32,903 bases of DNA from a virus, in IMG/VR virus record IMGVR_UViG_3300019487_000071; one strand, given 5' to 3'. The position numbers and the translations under genes were made by a program. Below the pieces are notes generated by a model. It did not search any database, was not told where the DNA came from, and saw only the letters and a list, made by a program, of their open reading frames with translations. Shown piece by piece: positions 24,372 to 31,134 of the stretch (position 1 is its first letter; each line of letters starts with the position of its first letter).

Positions 24372-24447
24372 TGGTGCCGATTGTCAGTATCGATCTGACT
24401 CCTCTAGCTTTTCAGACTAGCGCTTCTACCTAGTTAGCTTAATCGGC
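24372..24447 (-). tRNA. tRNA-Phe(GAA)
   Basis: Loop CTGAAAA; T loop ATCGATA; CCA. Confidence 0.9.
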
Positions 24448-24759
24448 ATTTTGTAATTTTTCATGCTCTTCTGCGTGACAATTTGCACACAATAGAACAC
24501 ATTTCTTTAACTCTTCTTGAACTTTTTCCCAAGAAGGATTGCTTGCCTTTGAGATCTGAAAGTCCTTCTTTGTGGGATCTAAGTGATGAAACGATAAAGC
24601 TCGTTTACACCTTGAATATCCACAGTTTTGGCACTTACCTCCCATGAACGCTAGTGCCTTTTCCTTTATATTGCGTCTTGCGGTTCTAACCCTACATTTT
24701 GCGCAAATATTACGTTCTTTGTCTTTATGCTCTTTTCCACATGTAGTGCATAACTTCAT
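24439..24759 (-). CDS. HNH endonuclease; stop codon inside tRNA-Phe
   Basis: CQNC...LSFHHLDP...KCVLLCANCHAEEH. The ATG at 24759 follows the 3' end (GGAG) of tRNA-Asn #2. Confidence 0.88.
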   Translation of the reverse strand: MKLCTTCGKEHKDKERNICAKCRVRTARRNIKEKALAFMGGKCQNCGYSRCKRALSFHHLDPTKKDFQISKASNPSWEKVQEELKKCVLLCANCHAEEHEKLQNAD

Positions 24760-24763
24760 AACT

Positions 24764-24837
24764 TGGCTCCAGGGCAGGGACTCGAACCCCGATATCAGCA
24801 TTAACAGTGCAGCGTCCTACCATTAAACGACCCCGGA
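24764..24837 (-). tRNA. tRNA-Asn(GTT) #2
   Basis: Loop CTGTTAA; TCC/GGA acceptor; G73; CCA. Confidence 0.9.
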
Positions 24838-24846
24838 ATATAAACT

Positions 24847-24879
24847 TGGCGGGGCATCGCGCGAAAGCGCGATAACCCC
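24847..24879 (-). ncRNA. CCA-ended minihelix
   Basis: GGGGTTATCGCGC-TTTC-GCGCGATGCCCC-G-CCA. Confidence 0.6.
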
Positions 24880-24888
24880 ATTTTAATT

Positions 24889-24910
24889 TGGTGGGGCGCT
24901 GCAGCGCCCC
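24889..24910 (-). ncRNA. CCA-ended 7-bp microhelix
   Basis: GGGGCGC-TGCA-GCGCCCC-A-CCA. Confidence 0.6.
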
Positions 24911-24966
24911 ATATTAAACGATTTGTTTCGGATTGTACGAGTGTAAGCGGATTCGCGACCTGTTTG

Positions 24967-25056
24967 TTAGCTTCTATTAAAGAAACTATACAAATGCGCA
25001 TTGGAGCTTGAGAAAGCCCTCGAGGATAAGCTATTTGTAAACAGTTGCGCGTTCAT
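24967..25056 (-). CDS. Leaderless small ORF (29 aa)
   Basis: GGGG-TATAAT + 6 nt + ATG; MNAQLFTNSLSSRAFSSSNAHLYSFFNRS. Confidence 0.35.
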   Translation of the reverse strand: MNAQLFTNSLSSRAFSSSNAHLYSFFNRS

Positions 25057-25063
25057 GAAAATA

Positions 25064-25309
25064 TTATACCCCATTTTTTAGGACTTCGGTTTCAAAAGGA
25101 TCATTTGCTGTTATTTTTGTTATCGAGAGCCCAACGCCTTCTTTTTCAGCACATATGGTCATAACCTTACATGCTGTAAGCCCTCTATTTTTCAGCCATT
25201 CTTCAATTTGTTCTCTGGTGCTCTTGACGCTGATGTAGTCGATATCTACGCCAAAATTAAGTATGATTAGGTCGCCATCTACGATCTGTAGCGTATTTAT
25301 TCCAATCAC
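25064..25309 (-). CDS. Hypothetical protein (C-terminal FETEVLK motif)
   Basis: 81-aa ORF coupled to the upstream gene. Confidence 0.6.
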   Translation of the reverse strand: MIGINTLQIVDGDLIILNFGVDIDYISVKSTREQIEEWLKNRGLTACKVMTICAEKEGVGLSITKITANDPFETEVLKNGV

Positions 25310-25716
25310 ATTAGCACCGCTTGTTCAAAGATTTTGGTCATTAAGCCCTCAGCCATCATGGCATACTCTCTGCGAAGGTCTAGCGATTCTTCGTCGTTTA
25401 ATGCAGTTCTAGAAGAACCCCAGTGATTGTTGCGATCTTTCCAAGAACGATTGTTCGTGCTGTAGAAGCGAACTTCTTCATCTTGCTTATGTAACAAATC
25501 GTACTTCTTGGTGAAGTGCTCCATCAACTCTTTATTGCGCATGTAGCTGTAGCCTTTGTTGCCTTCAGCATAAGCTTTCCTAAGTGCATCCTCAAGATCC
25601 GGAGACGTATCGATGTCAAGGTCTACAAGGAACGTAGCAATCTCGGCACCCAACTCTTTCTTGAGTGCCCGCTCTTCCTTCATCAGCTTAATTGCTTGCT
25701 TGCGCGTCATCGACAT
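25306..25716 (-). CDS. Hypothetical protein (C-terminal FEQAVLM motif)
   Basis: 136-aa ORF. Confidence 0.7.
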   Translation of the reverse strand: MSMTRKQAIKLMKEERALKKELGAEIATFLVDLDIDTSPDLEDALRKAYAEGNKGYSYMRNKELMEHFTKKYDLLHKQDEEVRFYSTNNRSWKDRNNHWGSSRTALNDEESLDLRREYAMMAEGLMTKIFEQAVLM

Positions 25717-25886
25717 TAGAAACTCTTCAATCGTTTACAGTTTTTGCAAGTAACTTTCTTCTTGTTTTCGGTGGTCTTCAATCCATCACCAGAGAAGTGC
25801 ATCATACCGTTGCAGCAAAGTTGCGCATAGATGAAACGATAACGTCCACGGAATTCAGACCAGTAGTGAGTCCAATGGACTTTCAT
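25716..25886 (-). CDS. Small hypothetical protein (56 aa)
   Basis: MKVHWTHYW...VTCKNCKRLKSF; its ATG overlaps the Pth2 stop and its stop overlaps the next ATG. Confidence 0.55.
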   Translation of the reverse strand: MKVHWTHYWSEFRGRYRFIYAQLCCNGMMHFSGDGLKTTENKKKVTCKNCKRLKSF

Positions 25887-26281
25887 AATAGTGGAAGCCT
25901 ACCTGTGATGGCGTCAACCTTGCTAACCTCACATGGGCCAATTGCACAGCATGTTAGAGTTGGAACTCCGTTAAACTCAGTGTGCCCTGCATCCCTGATC
26001 AAGCCCGCTGGCAAATCAGCGTTGCAAGCATCCTGATAAACCTTCAGGAGCTCAGCTTCGGAATTTACGTAGACGCAAATCTTGGTGAACGCATTGTTCA
26101 TCCAGTGAGTCATCTCGGGGGTTGCTTCGAGACGAAACGTCCCACTGCCGTCCTTCGCAAACCCATATTGCTTCATTCGATCAAAGAAGACTTTCATAGA
26201 AGCATGCGCAGCTTGAGCAGCAATTTTGCCCTTACGCATGTTCAAGTCTTTTCGCATAACGATGACTTGTTTTGTATTCAT
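25883..26281 (-). CDS. Peptidyl-tRNA hydrolase, PTH2 family
   Basis: KQVIVMRKDL.M.KGKIAAQAAHAS...DAGHTEF...T..AIGP. Confidence 0.93.
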   Translation of the reverse strand: MNTKQVIVMRKDLNMRKGKIAAQAAHASMKVFFDRMKQYGFAKDGSGTFRLEATPEMTHWMNNAFTKICVYVNSEAELLKVYQDACNADLPAGLIRDAGHTEFNGVPTLTCCAIGPCEVSKVDAITGRLPLL

Positions 26282-26295
26282 ATATGTTTTTAGGA

Positions 26296-26610
26296 TCAGG
26301 AATTGGCTCTGTCGATCGCATCTAGGTAAGTGCTTTCGTTTTGTGCACCTACGATTTGTTCGACTAGTTTTCCGTCTTTGAAGATTAATACCGTGGGAAT
26401 GCCACGGATGTTGAACTCAGCAGCTTTCTCAGAATGGTCGTCGACGTTGATCTTTCCGATCATTGCCTTATCTGAGTGCTCGTTGCTGATCTTTTCGAGG
26501 ATAGGACCAACCTTGCGGCAAGGTCCACACCATGGAGCCCAGAAATCTACTAGAACAACTCCGGACGTATTGATTACCGCTTCAAAGTCTTGATCAGTGA
26601 TTTCACTCAT
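26296..26610 (-). CDS. trxA: Thioredoxin
   Basis: DFWAPWCGPC; cis-Pro motif GIPT. Confidence 0.95.
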   Translation of the reverse strand: MSEITDQDFEAVINTSGVVLVDFWAPWCGPCRKVGPILEKISNEHSDKAMIGKINVDDHSEKAAEFNIRGIPTVLIFKDGKLVEQIVGAQNESTYLDAIDRANS

Positions 26611-26628
26611 ACTAGCTCCTTAAAGTTG

Positions 26629-26773
26629 CGGTCGGTGGTTGACTGTCAGAACCACTGCTTTGGCACGATTGAGTACTTGGCGCCTGTGCCTAGCTTGATA
26701 TCCGGGACCAGACAGCACCATAGTGCACTGTTGCAACAGCATCCCTGCGTGTCGTACATCCACGCCGCGACCG
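26629..26773 (-). ncRNA. Candidate multi-branch ncRNA / cis-regulatory RNA upstream of trxA
   Basis: Ends pair (CGGTCG/CGACCG); hairpins GCGTG/CACGC, CTGTTGCAACAG, GCAC/GTGC, GGCAC/GTGCC and GTGGTT/AACCAC; TATAAC lies about 7 nt upstream. Confidence 0.55.
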
Positions 26774-26781
26774 ATATTGTG

Positions 26782-27324
26782 TTATACAGAATTGGACTTC
26801 TTGCTGTTTTCTGATGCAGTTAAGTATTGCAAATTCCATGGTACGTGAAGCCCTTTAACATTCTTACCTTGTAGGGGAATTATGTGGTCTACATGATACC
26901 CTTTTGGACAATTAAGATAAAAACTTTTAATGCATTGCAGTTGATCTTTTGTTAGCCATAAAGGTACTGCATTAAGTTTTGCGGCTCTATATTTTGCATT
27001 ACGATGTCTAGTCGCCGCTTTGCCTTTTTCTGACTGTTGATAGTGCTTATTTACTTCACTGACACTGCTTCGCTTTTCGGCGTAGCGCTCACGCTTAGCA
27101 GCATTTAGTTTGTTCTTGTTCACGCGAGCGTAATTGCGTTTCCAAACTATATTGCTTTTGCGCGGGTTAGCTTTAGCCCACTTAATGTTATTTTTTTTAT
27201 GACAGACTTTACAAAAACAACAAAGCCCATCTTCAGATCTTTTTCTTTTATAAAAGTCTGTTATGGGTTTCGTATTATTGCATTTATTGCAGATCTTCGT
27301 TGTTAATGAAGTTAGCGAGGTCAT
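26782..27324 (-). CDS. HNH endonuclease
   Basis: N-terminal CxxC motifs; HVDHIIPLQG..VKGLHVPWNLQYLTASENSKKSN. Confidence 0.9.
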   Translation of the reverse strand: MTSLTSLTTKICNKCNNTKPITDFYKRKRSEDGLCCFCKVCHKKNNIKWAKANPRKSNIVWKRNYARVNKNKLNAAKRERYAEKRSSVSEVNKHYQQSEKGKAATRHRNAKYRAAKLNAVPLWLTKDQLQCIKSFYLNCPKGYHVDHIIPLQGKNVKGLHVPWNLQYLTASENSKKSNSV

Positions 27325-27892
27325 TATAGTGCATATCTTTCAAGAATTTGATTAGCTCTTCGTTGCCAGTTTGCTCGGCTTTCGCTAGAGTCATGGTGTA
27401 GAACTCTTCGTTCGAGACATCACACTTCTTCATGCGCTTCTGCCATGCACGAAGCTTCTTGCCGTCAACGTGGTGACGACCGCGATTTAGGTGTTCAGGC
27501 ACCATGCGAGTGTTCGAAGAAGCGTAGCCCTTCGAGTTATTCTTCCTATCAGGAGATAGCTTCTCGCCTGTCTTCTTCTCAGCAGATTGAGTCTGCTTAA
27601 CAATGGACTTACGACTACCTAGCCCGGAACTCTTCTTGTGAGCAGTGCCGTTCTTCCCTTTCTGACGACGAAGAGCATCATCGGCCTTAGTCTGAGCGCG
27701 TTGCCAGTGACCTGGAGTCTTCTTGTCGTGGGCTAGCTTATCAAGGTGCTTACGGCAGCGACCTGATGGGTTGCCCTTATTGGCGCTAGGAGCACCACAG
27801 CGTGGGCACTTCTTGGCCAACTCCTCGACGTATTGAAACTCTTCTGGAGTCAGGGACTTAGCTAGTTCTTCTAGGGTTACAAACTCATCCAT
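27284..27892 (-). CDS. Basic protein with degenerate His-Me finger-like motif
   Basis: CPRC...C; LSPDRKNNSKGYASSNTRMV resembles S-DRID---GY---N. Leaderless start: TGG-TATAAT + 6 nt + ATG. Confidence 0.6.
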   Translation of the reverse strand: MDEFVTLEELAKSLTPEEFQYVEELAKKCPRCGAPSANKGNPSGRCRKHLDKLAHDKKTPGHWQRAQTKADDALRRQKGKNGTAHKKSSGLGSRKSIVKQTQSAEKKTGEKLSPDRKNNSKGYASSNTRMVPEHLNRGRHHVDGKKLRAWQKRMKKCDVSNEEFYTMTLAKAEQTGNEELIKFLKDMHYNDLANFINNEDLQ

Positions 27893-27916
27893 AACCCCAT
27901 TATACCATTAGGGACC

Positions 27917-28564
27917 TTATTTGCCGTGCTTAGCCCAGTACTCTTCGCACTTACAGATATAGCGCGAGGTGGTCATATCTGGGTGATTCTGAGGCAATCC
28001 GCCACAGTTCTTACAGAGTTGGGTAATTGGGTCTGCATGATAGCCCTTGATATGCTGTCTAAGCTTACCTTTACCGCAGATCTCCTCCATCATCTTTACG
28101 TACATCTTAGGGGTCTTGGTCTCTGGCTTCTCAAAGGGAGGTAGGACGATGCCGTCTCCGCCCAGGAGCTCACGTTCGGCTAGAGCTTCAGAGATGTTCT
28201 TTAGCTGAGCTTCCGGAATACCCAACGTGTTGTCCGGAAAACCGATCTCAACGCTAACCTCAAAGATATCCTTCTGTTCGCCTTCATGTTGCCTCGTGTG
28301 TGGGTTCCAGGTGCCACGATACCAAGACTTCCATCCTTTGATGAGCATCTTAAAAGGAATTGAGGTTCCAGGAAAGAAGTCCTCTAGGTCCTTGCGAATA
28401 CCTTTGCCCTTGTTCTTCTCTAACCCAATGTTAGCGATAGAGCGAGATAGGTCATGGAAGAAGGCTAAGATCTCTACGCTTGGCTTCTTGGTGACGTCCT
28501 GAATAGTGTACATGAGGAATCGGTTTAGCGAGAACCTCATCTTGGTTTCAATGTGCTTCTCCAT
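27917..28564 (-). CDS. Hypothetical protein, paralog family B
   Basis: LM..IQ..TKKP...IL..F; F(F/Y)PGT.IP; VSV.I.FP; LP.F.KP shared with 31398-31859. Confidence 0.75.
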   Translation of the reverse strand: MEKHIETKMRFSLNRFLMYTIQDVTKKPSVEILAFFHDLSRSIANIGLEKNKGKGIRKDLEDFFPGTSIPFKMLIKGWKSWYRGTWNPHTRQHEGEQKDIFEVSVEIGFPDNTLGIPEAQLKNISEALAERELLGGDGIVLPPFEKPETKTPKMYVKMMEEICGKGKLRQHIKGYHADPITQLCKNCGGLPQNHPDMTTSRYICKCEEYWAKHGK

Positions 28565-28820
28565 CTCTTTCCCTCTGTGCGCATACTTCGCAAATTTGGC
28601 CCGTTAAGTGGGCATCTGCTAGAGCTTCTTCCAGCTCTAAAATCCTGGCGTTTAGGTCTTCAATGTCACCCATCTGCTGGTCAATCTCAAGCGCTTGACT
28701 TTCAATTTTGCCCTCTAAGTTTTGAACATCGTTAGAGAGCTGGGCAATCATTTCTTCTTGGTTCTCAAGCTCAGAGACTACCATCTCTGCGGCTCGCCTA
28801 AGTTCGCTATCTTGAATCAT
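28548..28820 (-). CDS. Acidic coiled-coil protein
   Basis: Heptad-rich; C-terminal CEVC. Confidence 0.65.
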   Translation of the reverse strand: MIQDSELRRAAEMVVSELENQEEMIAQLSNDVQNLEGKIESQALEIDQQMGDIEDLNARILELEEALADAHLTGQICEVCAQRERDGEAH

Positions 28821-29265
28821 TGAAATACTTAGCCTCTATATGTTGGACACATACAGTCATTAAGATCATTCCAAGCGTGAGACATAGTCCCAGGCTGTAC
28901 CCACCAGCTCCAATAATCATGCCGATAGCGCTCATCACCCAGATGATAGCTGCCGTAGTCATGCCGTGAACTTTATCAGCATTCTTAAAGATCGCTCCTG
29001 CACCTAAGAAACCGATGCCAGAGAGGATATATGACATGATGCGAGTTGGGTCAACACCTGGGACTACTTCCCCTACCATGAAAGAGATTGCGGTGAACAG
29101 AGTTGCTCCGACACAGATCAGGATGTTAGTCTTAATCCCTGCAGTCTTATGCTTACGTTCTCGCTCCAACCCTATCAATGCACCGCAAATGGTAGCCGTT
29201 AGCACCTTGGGCATAAAGAACTTAAGCAGCGCTACTGTCCCTAAGGTAGATAACGGATCTAGCAT
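28807..29265 (-). CDS. MgtC/SapB-family membrane protein
   Basis: GALIGLERE...AGIKT..LI..GA...DPTRI...GIGFLGAGAI...V.GMTTAA.IW...IG...G.G. Confidence 0.92.
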   Translation of the reverse strand: MLDPLSTLGTVALLKFFMPKVLTATICGALIGLERERKHKTAGIKTNILICVGATLFTAISFMVGEVVPGVDPTRIMSYILSGIGFLGAGAIFKNADKVHGMTTAAIIWVMSAIGMIIGAGGYSLGLCLTLGMILMTVCVQHIEAKYFNDSR

Positions 29266-29790
29266 TTAGTACCCGCAGTCGTAGTCTTCGGTGGTGATAC
29301 CTTTTTTAGTGACGATGATGCGAGTGTTCGCGCCCCATTTTTGCTCGAGCGTTTCTTCGATATCGCCAAGGAAGGAGTTGAAGTCGTTGATTTCCTTGAC
29401 AGCTTTTTGAATCGGCTTGATCTCGCTGTTGTTAAGGATATCGGTGGTTCGCTCGATGGCATTCTCGATGGAGTCCAGCGAGTGGAAACCTTCGAACTCA
29501 GTTTCATCGTCTTCATACTCGAACTTGTCGTTCTCATCTTTTGGGAAGAGCTTGCTGTCGAGCTCGTCAACCAGCTGAACCTCAACATCGTTGAGCGTGA
29601 ACTCACATACGTCCCCGTCGTTGAAGCCTGGGACGTACTGGGACCAAGAAACTCCCTTGATGTACTCAGAGTTCTTAATGTGTTCTTTCAGAGCCTGAAC
29701 CACATCGTCAGCAGCCTTCTTCTTAACCTTAGAGGCTTCCTCAATGGCGTCCTTAGCTTCTTTGCAAACCTTTTTGAAATCAGTAGACAT
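29266..29790 (-). CDS. Hypothetical acidic protein, paralog family C
   Basis: VSWSQYVPGFNDGDVCEF; C-terminal FG/WG-N..I.VTK..IT.ED; start MSTDF with GGAGG RBS. Confidence 0.75.
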   Translation of the reverse strand: MSTDFKKVCKEAKDAIEEASKVKKKAADDVVQALKEHIKNSEYIKGVSWSQYVPGFNDGDVCEFTLNDVEVQLVDELDSKLFPKDENDKFEYEDDETEFEGFHSLDSIENAIERTTDILNNSEIKPIQKAVKEINDFNSFLGDIEETLEQKWGANTRIIVTKKGITTEDYDCGY

Positions 29791-30226
29791 TTGAGTCCTC
29801 CACAGTGATAGCGTCTTTGGTAACCTTAACGATGACGTTACGGCCAAACGCGTCCTCCATCTTACGCTCGCTGATGGAGTTCAAGATCTTGTTTGCGGCC
29901 TTGATAGCTTGGGCAACATGATCTCCATGTCGCTCCTTGATGCCAAGCCACTGCATGTAGTCGATGTCGTCAAGGGCAACGTAGCGATCGTACTCATCCG
30001 GAATGTCCTGGAATAGAACGCCGAAGTCCTCGACAAACGTACCAACCGGACCATGGTCTTCGTAGTCGTTGTAGTAGAGCTTCCAACGAACCGCCTGAAT
30101 CTCAGGTACTTCTTTGAGCAGGGTTCCAAGGCCATCTTTCAGAACGTCAAGAGCGGAGTTGGCACAATACTCAAGCGTGTCAGCAAACCCAACAAGATCA
30201 GTCGAAATCGATCTTTTTTCGTTCAC
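29780..30226 (-). CDS. Hypothetical acidic protein, paralog family C
   Basis: AVRWKLY...; C-terminal AFGRNVIVKVTKDAITVED. Confidence 0.7.
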   Translation of the reverse strand: MNEKRSISTDLVGFADTLEYCANSALDVLKDGLGTLLKEVPEIQAVRWKLYYNDYEDHGPVGTFVEDFGVLFQDIPDEYDRYVALDDIDYMQWLGIKERHGDHVAQAIKAANKILNSISERKMEDAFGRNVIVKVTKDAITVEDSNVY

Positions 30227-30545
30227 GGCGTGGACCTCCTAACCAAGGATAAAAGGGCATTTCTTGCAGATAGTCTTGTAAAGTAGGGATGCGTCCCATG
30301 TCGTCGATGACATGCTGTTCAGCGATGTCACGAACAGAGACCAACCTACCGTCTGAGTTTTCGATGTTGATGCCAAACACCTGTTCGGCGAGATAGATGC
30401 CAAAGCTATTATGAAGGATAGCTCTGTGACGCATGTCGGGGAAGTGGGCTTTGGTTTGATCTAGGAAGTCATGGATCTTTTGGTAATCCTCTTCCTTTCC
30501 GCCCCACTTGCGGACTGAAACTTTACCGTGCAAAAATGGCTTCAT
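30198..30545 (-). CDS. Conserved His-rich protein (DUF6915-like)
   Basis: H...S.RKWGG..EDY..IH...D..K....D.RHRAILH..FG...AEQHV..D.G.IP...DYL; the family name is from recall, not a search. Confidence 0.65.
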   Translation of the reverse strand: MKPFLHGKVSVRKWGGKEEDYQKIHDFLDQTKAHFPDMRHRAILHNSFGIYLAEQVFGINIENSDGRLVSVRDIAEQHVIDDMGRIPTLQDYLQEMPFYPWLGGPRRERKKIDFD

Positions 30546-30595
30546 GATTCACCCCACTATGGCTAAACAAATTAGCACAAAGAGACAGAGCATCG

Positions 30596-31105
30596 TTACT
30601 GCGACCACAGCTCTTCCTCTTCTTCAACCTTCTCTTCTTTCTTCTCGAGGAGAGGATTGGTTTCGGTGGTGTCGTCAACCACGTTGGCAGAGCAAGTATA
30701 GTCCTTAGTCTCATCAAACACGCCGTCAAGCATTGCTTCCGTCACGATGTCCGTGTAGTGGCATTCGATGTAGTCGGTGGTGTTCTCATCCAAGAACTGG
30801 ATAGCTTTGGTACGATCCTTGTGAAGGATGGCAACCTTTGCATGATGCTGATGCTCCATCCACATCACACCAACTTCTTCGCACATCTCAACGAATGAGA
30901 AAGGTCCGCGAGCAGTGGTTGACAAGAACTTCGCTTTGTTGCGATCACCTTGGTTAACTGCCACCAAGAAGTTCTTATCCTTCAGATGACGCAAATCCAT
31001 CGTTTCGGCTTCGGCAATGAAGTCTTCACCAGTATTAACTGGAGCGCTCACAGCGGTGGGCACAGGAACACTTACAGGACTTTGATTCTGATTAACACTG
31101 GACAT
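30596..31105 (-). CDS. Hypothetical protein
   Basis: 169-aa ORF; AGAGGT RBS. Confidence 0.7.
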   Translation of the reverse strand: MSSVNQNQSPVSVPVPTAVSAPVNTGEDFIAEAETMDLRHLKDKNFLVAVNQGDRNKAKFLSTTARGPFSFVEMCEEVGVMWMEHQHHAKVAILHKDRTKAIQFLDENTTDYIECHYTDIVTEAMLDGVFDETKDYTCSANVVDDTTETNPLLEKKEEKVEEEEELWSQ

Positions 31106-31134
31106 ATGAGAATACCTCTTGTCAATGATTAGTT

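Noticed and set aside
13003-24837. Suppressor tRNAs / stop-codon recoding
   Set aside because: No CTA, TTA or TCA anticodon was found, and genes end normally at TAA, TAG and TGA.
29259-29808. Long alternative-frame ORFs 29259-29606 (-) and 29341-29808 (+)
   Set aside because: Shadow frames of the acidic protein gene caused by codon bias.
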